The notes beneath the pieces were generated by a model. The model ran no database searches, was not told where the DNA came from, and worked only from the letters and a program-made list of their open reading frames with translations. This document shows positions 20,253 to 29,158 of a stretch of 64,000 nt of DNA, one piece after another. Position 1 is the first letter of the stretch, and every line of letters begins with the position of its first letter. Source of the DNA: an uncultured Nitrospiraceae bacterium (GTDB taxonomy: Bacteria; Nitrospirota; Nitrospiria; Nitrospirales; Nitrospiraceae); the NCBI GenBank assembly GCA_963706325.1, contig CAVPLT010000001.1, forward strand, positions 576,001 to 640,000, given 5' to 3'. The position numbers and the translations under genes were made by a program.

Positions 20253-20546
20253 ATGGCGACATCAAATGGATTGAAAGACAAACCAAGACACAATGACCCG
20301 AATTATTTCTCAACTTTTTCGACGGAGCACAGCTGTGGGCGGTGCGGCGGACTCTTAGTGCAGGACTTCTGCACGGATCTGCTCAATAGCACCGGTGAGC
20401 TTGATTGCTCGACTGCGCGTTGCGTGCAGTGTGGTGATGTCGTCGATCCGGTCATTCACCGGAATCGGCATCTCCAGCAAACCGCTGGCACGGTTCGGGA
20501 CACGAAGGCGTCGGTGTCATCGGCTCACAGTCGGTTCTCGATCTAA
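20253..20546 (+). CDS. Zn-ribbon-like microprotein, family copy 3, first gene of the divergent operon
   Basis: GGAG RBS, translating to CGRCGGLL..DLLNSTG..RCVQCGDVVDPVIHRNR. Confidence 0.82.
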   Translation: MATSNGLKDKPRHNDPNYFSTFSTEHSCGRCGGLLVQDFCTDLLNSTGELDCSTARCVQCGDVVDPVIHRNRHLQQTAGTVRDTKASVSSAHSRFSI

Positions 20547-20596
20547 TGGCTCAACCCGCCGGGGTTGTCGAGGGTTCTTAACCAAGGAGGTTTCTC

Positions 20597-21559
20597 ATGC
20601 GGAGTCTAGCGGTTCTTCAGGTGGGATGGGGAATAGTGTTCATGGCGGGGTCAATGTCCCTGGCTGTGGCGGCGGATACCGCCGGCGACAATAAGGACAT
20701 GGTGCTCATTCCGAAAGGTGAGTTCTCCATGGGTAGCAACGAACACTCAGATGAGGTCAAGCACCAAGTCGTGCTCGATACGTACCTGATCGATAAGTTT
20801 GAAGCCTCCAATACGCGATACAAAGAATTCATGACGGCCACCGGCCATCCCGCACCGGCCTACTGGGACGATCCACGCCTGAGCAAGCCTAATCAGCCTG
20901 TGGTCGGGGTGAGCTGGACGGATGCGAATGCTTTCTGCAAGTGGGACGGCAAACGGCTGCCGACCGAGGCGGAATGGGAGAAGGCAGCCAAGGGTCCGGA
21001 CGGCGATAACCATTATCCCTGGGGTCACCACCTCGATCCGAAGAAGGCCAACTATGGGCAAAACGTTGGTCACACCACGCCGGTCGACTCGTATCCTGAG
21101 GGCGTGAGTGGATATGGCCTCTACAACATGGCGGGAAATGTCTTTGAATGGGTCGAAGACTGGTATGACCCGAAGTTTTACAAAAACAGCAACGCCCTGA
21201 ACCCTCGCGGGGCCGAGAAGGGCTACAACTTTGCTAATCAAGGCCCGGTGAGAGTGTTGCGTGGTGGCTCGTGGTTGGCTCCCGAGACCTCACTGCATAC
21301 CAGCCATCGGTTCTGGAATCAGCCGGAGAATAACTCCTACGGCGTCGGCTTGGGATTCCGTTGCGCAAAATCGGCCCAGACGGTCTCGGACGAATCCGTG
21401 CAGGTGGGACGCGATGCATTTATTCAGGCCTTAGTGGCCATGGGGGCCGAGAAGAATGCTGATGCGATGGCCTCCATCGAGAAGGCGCTGGCGGCCGATC
21501 CGAACAACAAGGAATACGTGGCGACCCGCGAGCTCATCAAGAAGAGCACGAAGAAGTAA
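20597..21559 (+). CDS. Secreted FGE-sulfatase/SUMF1-fold protein 1 with C-terminal TPR-like helices
   Basis: AAGGAGG RBS, signal peptide, [45 protein letters not shown] and GFRC. Confidence 0.92.
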   Translation: MRSLAVLQVGWGIVFMAGSMSLAVAADTAGDNKDMVLIPKGEFSMGSNEHSDEVKHQVVLDTYLIDKFEASNTRYKEFMTATGHPAPAYWDDPRLSKPNQPVVGVSWTDANAFCKWDGKRLPTEAEWEKAAKGPDGDNHYPWGHHLDPKKANYGQNVGHTTPVDSYPEGVSGYGLYNMAGNVFEWVEDWYDPKFYKNSNALNPRGAEKGYNFANQGPVRVLRGGSWLAPETSLHTSHRFWNQPENNSYGVGLGFRCAKSAQTVSDESVQVGRDAFIQALVAMGAEKNADAMASIEKALAADPNNKEYVATRELIKKSTKK

Positions 21560-21626
21560 CTCGCAGGCGAGGAGGGGGGCGGTACACCCGCCTCCCTGCC
21601 GGAGCCCTCAGGGGAGGAAGTCAGAA

Positions 21627-22685
21627 ATGAATATACTCGAAGGTTTAATCGGTGCGGGGCTGATGGTGGGAATTACCATGCTCACCGGGACCGCTCATGG
21701 GGAAGACAAGCTGCCGCCATCGGACATGGTCTATGTCGGGCATGGTCCATCAGTCATGGGACTGGACAAAGCGCAAACGGCTGATTCGGGCCGATGGCTC
21801 ACGGCCTACGACAAACGAATGAAGAAACCCTGGTCCGCCGAGGCGTTCCACGACGAAGGGCCGGCCCACATGGTGTTCTTGGACGCGTTCCTCATCGACA
21901 AGTACGAAGTGGCGAATAAGGATTACGGCGACTTCATTAGGGCGACCGGCCATCCGGCCCCGGCCTATTGGGATGATCCCCGTTTGAACAAGCCGCAGCA
22001 GCCGGTCGTCGGAGTCAACTGGTACGATGCCAAAGCGTATTGCGAATCTCGCGGGAAGCGGCTGCCGACGGAAGCCGAATGGGAGAAAGCGGCTCGTGGT
22101 CCACACGGCAACCTCTATCCCTGGGGCAACGATTTCGATTCGGCAAAAGCCAACTACAACCGGCATCAGGATGCGACCTGGCCCGTGGACTCGCACCCGG
22201 ACGGGGCCAGCTACTATGGCCTGTATAACATGGCGGGCAATGTCTTCGAGTGGGTCGCGGATTGGTATGATCCGCAGTATTACGGGAGGCTGCAGACCAT
22301 GGTGAATCCAACCGGTCCCGACAAGGCAGTGTGGATGGGGGGCACCGGCACCTATGTAGACCGCTTGACGGTAGGCGAGAAGCGGGTCATCCGTGGCGGT
22401 TCTTGGATCGCGCCGGAAGGCACGATCCGCTCGACCCACCGGTTCTGGAATCATCCTCTCAACAACAGTTACGGTGTAGGACTTGGCTTTCGTTGCGCTC
22501 AAGCAGCGCCGCCTGAGCTGGAACAACGTGTCAGGGACAGTTACATCACTGCCTTGGTGGAAATGGGACGCCAGCGATTTGTTGAAGCCCAACAAGCCGT
22601 CAACCGTGGGCTGACCCTGGACCCCAAGAATATTGAATTGTTGGAGCTTCGACCTCTCACTGAACAATCGATGAAGCGGCCGTGA
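21627..22685 (+). CDS. Secreted FGE-sulfatase/SUMF1-fold protein 2 with C-terminal TPR-like helices
   Basis: GGAGG RBS, signal peptide and the same core motifs. Shares GHPAPAYWDDPRL and HRFWNxPxNNSYGVGLGFRC with protein 1. Confidence 0.92.
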   Translation: MNILEGLIGAGLMVGITMLTGTAHGEDKLPPSDMVYVGHGPSVMGLDKAQTADSGRWLTAYDKRMKKPWSAEAFHDEGPAHMVFLDAFLIDKYEVANKDYGDFIRATGHPAPAYWDDPRLNKPQQPVVGVNWYDAKAYCESRGKRLPTEAEWEKAARGPHGNLYPWGNDFDSAKANYNRHQDATWPVDSHPDGASYYGLYNMAGNVFEWVADWYDPQYYGRLQTMVNPTGPDKAVWMGGTGTYVDRLTVGEKRVIRGGSWIAPEGTIRSTHRFWNHPLNNSYGVGLGFRCAQAAPPELEQRVRDSYITALVEMGRQRFVEAQQAVNRGLTLDPKNIELLELRPLTEQSMKRP

Positions 22686-22741
22686 AGAGTCAGGGCGGCT
22701 GGTGGTGGCGGCCCAATGTTCCACATGACGGAGGCAGAGGC

Positions 22742-23110
22742 ATGACGCACTCAAGAACAATGGCCCTGATAGGTGGTCTGACGATGTGGCTTACTCCAGT
22801 GATCCTCCAGGCCGGTCCGATCGAGGCCAGCCGCCACCCGCATCCGAAGAATATTGAGATGGTGCATCGGGCGGAACATAGCGTGGACCATGCCTGGGAG
22901 GTGTACCATCGTGCGGCGTTGGGAGGCACGGTGGCGTCCCCGGATCTGCAAGCCCGAATCGAACAACACCTGCATGAAGCCAGAACGCTTGTGCCCCAGG
23001 CGCAAGAGGCCGTCGAACGAGGAGACAGTCCCAAAGTGGAGCGTCTTGTAGGCAAAATTAAGCATCATACGGCCCAGGCAATCCAAGGGAGCAAGGAGCA
23101 GAAGAAATGA
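22742..23110 (+). CDS. His-rich secreted helical protein (possible metal-binding protein)
   Basis: GAGG RBS, signal peptide and many His on predicted helices (HRAEHSVDHAWEVYH, QHLHE, KHH). Confidence 0.75.
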   Translation: MTHSRTMALIGGLTMWLTPVILQAGPIEASRHPHPKNIEMVHRAEHSVDHAWEVYHRAALGGTVASPDLQARIEQHLHEARTLVPQAQEAVERGDSPKVERLVGKIKHHTAQAIQGSKEQKK

Positions 23111-23970
23111 CACCAGGTCTGAGCAGGACAAGAGTCAAATGGAGACGGCTCGGTCTACTCATGACGGCAGCCTGTGCCGTCTCAGTATCATCGGTTCTCG
23201 CATCGCCGGCCTTCAAGGAACCTGATCCGGTTCCCATGGCGACCATTCCCGCCGGACCGTTCCTAATGGGCAGTCAGAATCCGAAGGGGCGAGCCGATGA
23301 GTGGCCCCAGCGAACCGTCGACATCGATGCGTTCGCCATCGATCGCGTGGAAGTGACCAACGAACGTTACATGACGTTTGTTGCAACGACAGGCCACCGA
23401 AGCCCGCCGAACCCCTATGGCACCGGCCTGTTAGTGTCTGCAAAAGGCATCGAACAGCTGCCTGTCGTGCAGGTCACCTGGTACGACGCAAAAGCCTATT
23501 GCGCCTGGGCCAAGAAGCGCCTGCCCACGGAAGCGGAGTGGGAAAAAGCCGCACGCGGCACAGATGGGCGTCATTTTCCGTGGGGCGAGGATCAGCCGTC
23601 CCAGACCAGGTCGAATTTCGACCGGGAATGGGACGGTGAGAAGACTTTTCATGCGGTCGGCTCCTTGCCTGGCGGCAACTCACCCTACGGCATCCAGGAT
23701 ATGTCGGGCAATGCGCGGGAATGGGTGCAGGATTGGTACGATCCCGACTATTACTCGAATGCACCGGAGAAAAACCCGCAGGGACCCGAGAAGGGCGTAG
23801 TACGTGTGATCCGTGGAGGGTCCTGGCACAGCCCCATATCGGACATCACGGCCACTGCGCGCGGACGAGGGGGGTTTGCCTTACAGACGCACGGGACAGG
23901 CTTCCGGTGCGTTCGAGGTGGAGAAGGTCAGGTCCAGAGTAAGTCCAACTCGCTGGGAGCACTGAAGTGA
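23107..23970 (+). CDS. Secreted FGE-sulfatase/SUMF1-fold protein 3
   Basis: ATGA overlap with the upstream gene, [41 protein letters not shown] and GFRC. Confidence 0.92.
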   Translation: MTPGLSRTRVKWRRLGLLMTAACAVSVSSVLASPAFKEPDPVPMATIPAGPFLMGSQNPKGRADEWPQRTVDIDAFAIDRVEVTNERYMTFVATTGHRSPPNPYGTGLLVSAKGIEQLPVVQVTWYDAKAYCAWAKKRLPTEAEWEKAARGTDGRHFPWGEDQPSQTRSNFDREWDGEKTFHAVGSLPGGNSPYGIQDMSGNAREWVQDWYDPDYYSNAPEKNPQGPEKGVVRVIRGGSWHSPISDITATARGRGGFALQTHGTGFRCVRGGEGQVQSKSNSLGALK

Positions 23971-24159
23971 CCGGAATGGACGGATGTCGGATGAACGGAA
24001 GCGGTTGGTTGTTCCCTGGTGGAGGCGTCGCTACTCCGCACGGCGCTTCCCATGAGGAGGATGGGTCCTTCCCTTGGGAGGGACTCGTCCCCTCGGTGAG
24101 CCACAGGACCACCAGCAGCGAGCGGGGAGATTCTTCAGAACACTGACGAGGAGACTTCC

Positions 24160-24288
24160 ATGATCTACATGTTGGTCTATAGCATCCCAGCCATCACGCT
24201 GAGTATCGGGGTGACTGTCATGTCGCGGCGGCAACCAGCCTGCGCGGTCGTTCGGCAGGCCGGACTCGGAAGACCTCGTGTCCGGTAG
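24160..24288 (+). CDS. Putative 42-aa single-TM peptide absent from the ORF track
   Basis: GAGGAG RBS, translating to MIYMLVYSIPAITLSIGVTVMSRRQPACAVVRQAGLGRPRVR. Confidence 0.45.
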   Translation: MIYMLVYSIPAITLSIGVTVMSRRQPACAVVRQAGLGRPRVR

Positions 24289-24379
24289 CGCATGTGTGCG
24301 TGTCGGATTGTGTCACATTCGAGCTCGGTGATCATTCCAGGTGTGGAGTCGTTGACAGTTCTCGCACTCGGAGGTTCCA

Positions 24380-24742
24380 ATGGAAACACGTGGGACACCG
24401 GACACGTCTTCTTCTGCAGCTCCGCATGCCGGCCACGCCACCTGCGCCCGCTGCGGTGGGTTGTTGCTTGGGCAGCACTATATGGATTTGCTCGATGATA
24501 CCGGCCAGATCGACATTACGGCCTGGCATTGCACGATGTGCGGCGAGGTCGTCGACGCGGTCATTCTGAAGAACCGCCAGAGCCCGCCGCCGAATTTGCT
24601 CTACGGAACCAAAGCGCGCAAGTTCAGCCAGCGGGTGACGGACATTGTGGACAGCAGTGGCTCGGATGATTCCTCCAATGAGACGGAGGCATCGCAAGCG
24701 AAAGACAAATCGTCCGAAGAGTCTGATGAAGAGGGTGCGTAG
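24380..24742 (+). CDS. Zn-ribbon-like microprotein, family copy 4, with acidic tail
   Basis: GGAGG RBS, CARCGGLL..MDLLDDTG..WHCTMCGEVVDAVILKNR and a D/E/S-rich C-terminus. Confidence 0.82.
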   Translation: METRGTPDTSSSAAPHAGHATCARCGGLLLGQHYMDLLDDTGQIDITAWHCTMCGEVVDAVILKNRQSPPPNLLYGTKARKFSQRVTDIVDSSGSDDSSNETEASQAKDKSSEESDEEGA

Positions 24743-24778
24743 TTAGCGGACAGCTGCTGTAAACGGGAGGATGGGCCG

Positions 24779-25690
24779 ATGAAAATCGTCGTGACCGGCG
24801 GAACGGGGTTTATCGGTCGTCCTCTTGTCGACGAGTTAGCTCGCCTGGGGCATGAAGTGGTTGTCTTGTCGAGGACGGCCGACCGCGATCCTCGGCCGTC
24901 CGTCAGGTTTGTGAGAATGGGATGCGCGTTCGGTGGGACCCTGGCAAGCCGAGCTTCTGTCGACGGATGCCGTCGTGAATTTAGCCGGCGAACCGATCGC
25001 TGAAGGACGATGGACGGAGGCCCGAAAGCGAGTTCTGGTCGCGAGCCGCATTGTTGCCACGAGGCTTGTGGTGACGGCGTTGGCTGCACGGTCTCGCGCT
25101 CTTCCTGTGTCTGATCAGCGCGTCCGGCATCGGCTTTTACGGTGCCAGCGACGATCGTCTCCTGGATGAACATTCTCCACTTGGTCAGGGGTTTCTGGCC
25201 GACCTGTCGTCGGTCTGGGAGGGAGAGGCGCTACGCGCCGGTGAGTCTGGGGCGCGTGTCGTGTTGCTGAGACCAGGCATGGTGCTCGAACAGGATGGTG
25301 GGGCATTGCCCAAGATGTTGTTGCCGTTTCGCTTCTTCGCTGGGGGGCCGATCATGCCTGGCACGCAGTGGGTTTCCTGGATCCACCGGAGTGGATCTTA
25401 TCGGCTTGATCAACTGGGCCATCACGACGCCGACGGTCTCGGGTCCTGTGAATGCGGTGGCTCCAGAGTCGCTCACGATGAAGACGTTCTGTGCGACTGT
25501 CGGGAAGGTCCTCCATCGTCCGTCGTGGTTTCCTGTTCCTGGTCTGGCGTTACGACTGGCGCTGGGTGAGTTGGGAACATTGATGACGACCGGTCAACGG
25601 GTCAATCCGGCCAAGGCGCTTGCGGGCGAGTACGTCTTTCGTTATCCGACGCTGGAGCCGGCCTTACGGGCGATCGTAGCAAAGGGATAA
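24779..25690 (+). pseudogene. TIGR01777-family NAD-dependent epimerase/oxidoreductase with three apparent +1 frameshifts (probably sequence errors)
   Basis: MKIVVTGGTGFIG, DAVVNLAGEPIAEGRWT, LISASGIGFYG, LLRPGMVL, QWVSWIH, GPVNAVAP and FRYPTLE lie across four successive frames. Shifts are near 24914, 25110 and 25390. Confidence 0.85.
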
Positions 25691-25706
25691 GCGAGGAGGC
25701 CTGGGC

Positions 25707-26190
25707 ATGAGCCTAACCATTGAGCCGGTGATGCAGTATCTGCACGCGGTCGCCGTCGCCATTCTGCTGGGGAAGGTTGTGTTGTTGTCGTTCGTGGTGG
25801 CGCCGATCCTTGCGAAGAATTTGGAACGGGAGGCATTTGGGAAAGTCGTTCGGGAACTATTCCCCGCCTATTATAGGTTAGGCATGGCTACGGCTGCTGT
25901 GGGGCTGGTATCCGTGACCGGTCTCTTGACCCTCCAAGGTCTCAACCCATCCCTGCTGGCCGCAGGGGGGCATTTGGCTGGTGATCCTGGCCGCTGAGTC
26001 TTACTGCCGGTCGCCGCTGACCCCACAGAGCAATGCAATGAGAGATCGATTGAAGGAGCAGGAACAGCGTGGCGCCGTCGATGCTCGGCTGCAGGTAGCC
26101 TGGAGTCGATTGCATCAACGATCGATTTACCTCAATTCGATCGTGCTGCTTGGGGGACTCAGTTTATTGGGAGTTGCACGTCAATTTTAA
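25707..26190 (+). pseudogene. DUF4149-like membrane protein with one frameshift at the G6 run 25965-25970
   Basis: SFVVAPIL..L.RE.FGKVVRELFPAYY in the first frame and LTPQ..AMR..RLHQRSIYLN in the second. Confidence 0.7.
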
Positions 26191-26212
26191 TTTCTACGAA
26201 GGGAGACCGAGC

Positions 26213-26701
26213 ATGCATAAATCCATCGACACCAGGGCATATGTAGCGTTGGGACTTTTGGGCGTCATTCTCCTTCAGCTCGCCTCCGCGGATGGCTGAG
26301 GTCGAGGGCGGCTGACGAACAAACCACTCCTGGATCGCGGGCACGGCCGGCACCTGGCTCAGAAATCACGATGCCCGATGGCGTCATCGGGGTGTCGCTG
26401 CATGTCGGGGCTGAACGGGTGGGCGATACCGCGGTGCTGTATATCGCGCATGTTTTGCCTGAGGGTCCGGCGCAGCAGGCGGGACTCAAGCAAGGTGATG
26501 AGGTGACCACCGTGGATGGCGCTGCTCGTCACCGGAAAAACCTACGAGCAAGTGGCCCTAATGGTACGAGGCGCGCCGGGATCGATGGTGAAGTTGGGAG
26601 TGAAGGGTGAGGGTGGCTTGCGCGAGATCTCTGTCACACGTGTGGCGGGACAATCCCTTTACAAGGGTCAGATGGGATCCCATGGCAGCTCTTCTCGATA
26701 G
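26213..26701 (+). pseudogene. Secreted PDZ-domain protein, frameshifted (probably sequence errors)
   Basis: Signal-like MHKSIDTRAYVALGLLGVILLQLAS, then GVIGV..VLPEGPAQQAGLKQGDEVTTVDG, then VTGKTYEQVALMVRGAPGSMVKL, in successive frames. Confidence 0.75.
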
Positions 26702-26708
26702 GTGAGCC

Positions 26709-27234
26709 ATGAGAACGATCATTGGGGTGCTTGGATTGTTCGGAATCTTGGCCGTGAGTTCGACCCTTGGAGGCTCACGGCCAAGTGACCACGGCGTCAC
26801 AGCTGTCTCACGGCGAGAAGACGAACATATATCTGATGGCCGGCGACTATCGCCGGGCGTTGGAGGTGTGCGAGCAAGCGATTCAGGAGATGCCGTCGGC
26901 CGAAGCCTACCTCCGTCTCACCTATGTCTATCAGGCGATCGATGCGTACCTTGAGCAGCTGTCTCAGGACGAGAGTTGGATGGCCGTCGAACAATTGTAT
27001 TTGAACCTCGCTTACCGGCATACGGAAGATCTCGTCGATCCGCCCGGCGGGCTGGCGCGCATGGCAAAAGAGATGATTCAAACGAGTGTCCGGCAGCAGT
27101 CCGACGTCAGCGCAGCGATGGCCGTGCGGCTGGATAAGGCGGAGGCTGATCGTCTCTGGCAGGAACAGACGCAGTGGCGGAAAGCACATCCCACCACGTG
27201 GTGGCGGGCATTTCCAGGGGTCTGGGGTCGATGA
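26709..27234 (+). pseudogene. Secreted TPR-like helical protein with a frameshift near 26769
   Basis: Signal peptide in ORF 26709, with the body (YLMAGDYRRALEVCEQAI..) in ORF 26767-27234. Confidence 0.65.
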
Positions 27235-27281
27235 AGAGGAGGCCTCCTCCCAACATAAGTCCTCGGGAGGAGATCCAAATA

Positions 27282-27713
27282 ATGAACCAGGACACAGCTG
27301 ACCGCGGACGTGATGTCAAACTGTTCGGAGCCTTATTCATCCTGGTGGGATTGGTCGATATGCTCATTATCGAATTCTTCCCAAACTATGCGCTCAAGCT
27401 GTTCGGCCTCACGATTACCGGGCCTTTGGCCTATCCTGTCAAACTACATTCCCCGGCGGTTCACTTTTTGATCGGGTATGGATTTGTATTTCTGCGCCCC
27501 TGGGCCTGGGGGTTGGCGATGGCCTATGGAGGATTCGGGCTCACGAGTGAATTCATGAATCAGCTGCAGTTTGGTTTTCATTATCTGCGAACGGGCTTTA
27601 TGGCTGCGACATTCCTGTTTCTCTGTTACGCGGCGTGGCGGCGGACTCTGTTTGTCGATACTGTGCCTCCGGCTCACCGGCGGGCTTCTTCCACACCAGA
27701 GGTGCCCTCGTGA
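27282..27713 (+). CDS. Four-TM membrane protein
   Basis: GGAGGAG RBS and four hydrophobic segments. Its stop overlaps the photolyase GTG start. Confidence 0.78.
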   Translation: MNQDTADRGRDVKLFGALFILVGLVDMLIIEFFPNYALKLFGLTITGPLAYPVKLHSPAVHFLIGYGFVFLRPWAWGLAMAYGGFGLTSEFMNQLQFGFHYLRTGFMAATFLFLCYAAWRRTLFVDTVPPAHRRASSTPEVPS

Positions 27714-29158
27714 AAGGGTTGGTGTGGTTTCGTCGTGATCTTCGTGTTCGTGATAACCCCGCCCTATCGGCGGCGTGCAAGGACTGTCGGGAGATCGTGC
27801 CCTTGTTTGTCTTTGACGAACCGTTGCTGCAATCGCATGTGTTTGGATCCGCTAGCGTCGGCTTCATGCTGGGTTGCCTGGAGGAGTTGCGAAGCTCGTT
27901 GGCAAGTCTCGGCCTCACACTCGCGTGGCGGATCGGCCAGCCAATCGACGCCGTGATGCAGGCTGCGGCAGATTTTGGAGTGGATGCGGTCTACTGGAAT
28001 CGTGATTATGAACCGGCAGCCCTGGAGCGGGATCGCACGATCGAGCTCCGTCTCACACAACAGAGCCGGGCGGTGAAGACCTTCAAGGACCACGTCGTGT
28101 TCGAGGCCGATGAAGTGCGTGGAGTCACCGGCGAACCCTTCCAACGCTACAGCGCCTACCGTGATCGGTGGTGGGTCAAGTGGCGGGCTGCCACACCGCT
28201 CGAACTCGACGTCCCGACATTCGAGGCGACGAAGTCAGGTGCCTCTGCTCCAGAGGTATCGCCGTGGCCTTCGGCGGAGGATCTGGGATACCAGACGGTC
28301 TCGATGTGGATCGAACCAGGTGAGCTGGCGGCGCGCGCCAGACTCCGATGGTTCCTGCGAGGACCAATCCATGCCTATGTCAGTGGCAGGAATCTCCCGG
28401 CGATCGACGGCACGTCCAAGCTGTCTCCGCACTTGCGCTTCGGAACTATTTCTGCGCGCACCGTGATTCACGCGGCGCTGAACACCCTGTCGAAAGACGG
28501 TCCGGTGTCGCGCGCCGATGTCTTCACGTGGATGGATGAGCTTGTCTGGCGGGAATTTTTTCAGCAAGTCCTGATGGCGTTTCCTCGCGTGTCCGAAGGG
28601 CCTTTCAAAATCAAACCCGGGCTTCCCTCAGCGAGAGGCGCGGGGCCTGAACGCGATCGATTATTTGCCGCCTGGTGTCAGGGACGGACGGGCTATCCGA
28701 TCGTGGACGCCGGTATGCGCCAATTGAATCAGACCGGTTGGATGCACAACCGCGTTCGGATGGTCGTCGCCTCGTTCCTGGTCAAGGACCTCCGCATCGA
28801 GTGGCAAAGCGGTGAGCGCTATTTCATGCGGCAGCTTGTCGACGGCGATCTGGCGGCCAACAACGGCAACTGGCAATGGTGCGCCTCGACCGGAACGGAT
28901 GCGATGCAGGGCTATCGGATTTTTAATCCCATGTTGCAAAGCGAGAAATTCGATGGCGAGGGTAATTACATTCGACGATACGTGCCGGAGCTCACCGGCG
29001 TGCCGGTGAAATGGATTCATGCGCCACACCTCATGCCACAGGGTGAACAAGACCGTGTCGGATGCCGCATCGGCATGGAATATCCGGCGCCCATTGTTGA
29101 TCATCGCCAAGCTCGTCAGGAATACTTAGACTTCGGAAAACGTCAGGTGGCGACATGA
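27710..29158 (+). CDS. phrB: Deoxyribodipyrimidine photolyase (class I CPD)
   Basis: WFRRDLRVRDNPAL, TSKLSPHLRFG, ELVWREF, GRTGYPIVDAGMRQL, GWMHNRVRM, LVDGDLAANNGNWQW and RIFNP motifs. Confidence 0.95.
   Translation: MKGLVWFRRDLRVRDNPALSAACKDCREIVPLFVFDEPLLQSHVFGSASVGFMLGCLEELRSSLASLGLTLAWRIGQPIDAVMQAAADFGVDAVYWNRDYEPAALERDRTIELRLTQQSRAVKTFKDHVVFEADEVRGVTGEPFQRYSAYRDRWWVKWRAATPLELDVPTFEATKSGASAPEVSPWPSAEDLGYQTVSMWIEPGELAARARLRWFLRGPIHAYVSGRNLPAIDGTSKLSPHLRFGTISARTVIHAALNTLSKDGPVSRADVFTWMDELVWREFFQQVLMAFPRVSEGPFKIKPGLPSARGAGPERDRLFAAWCQGRTGYPIVDAGMRQLNQTGWMHNRVRMVVASFLVKDLRIEWQSGERYFMRQLVDGDLAANNGNWQWCASTGTDAMQGYRIFNPMLQSEKFDGEGNYIRRYVPELTGVPVKWIHAPHLMPQGEQDRVGCRIGMEYPAPIVDHRQARQEYLDFGKRQVAT

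Noticed and set aside
21750..22760. 336-aa antisense ORF, and similar long antisense ORFs within nuo, priA and queE
   Set aside because: These are shadow ORFs opposite well-supported genes in GC-rich DNA, with no motifs.
20597..23970. Diversity-generating retroelement, since FGE/CLec-fold genes are common DGR targets
   Set aside because: No reverse transcriptase and no non-coding template repeat in the window. Differences between the paralogue 3' ends are spread over all bases, largely at synonymous positions, and are not adenine-specific.
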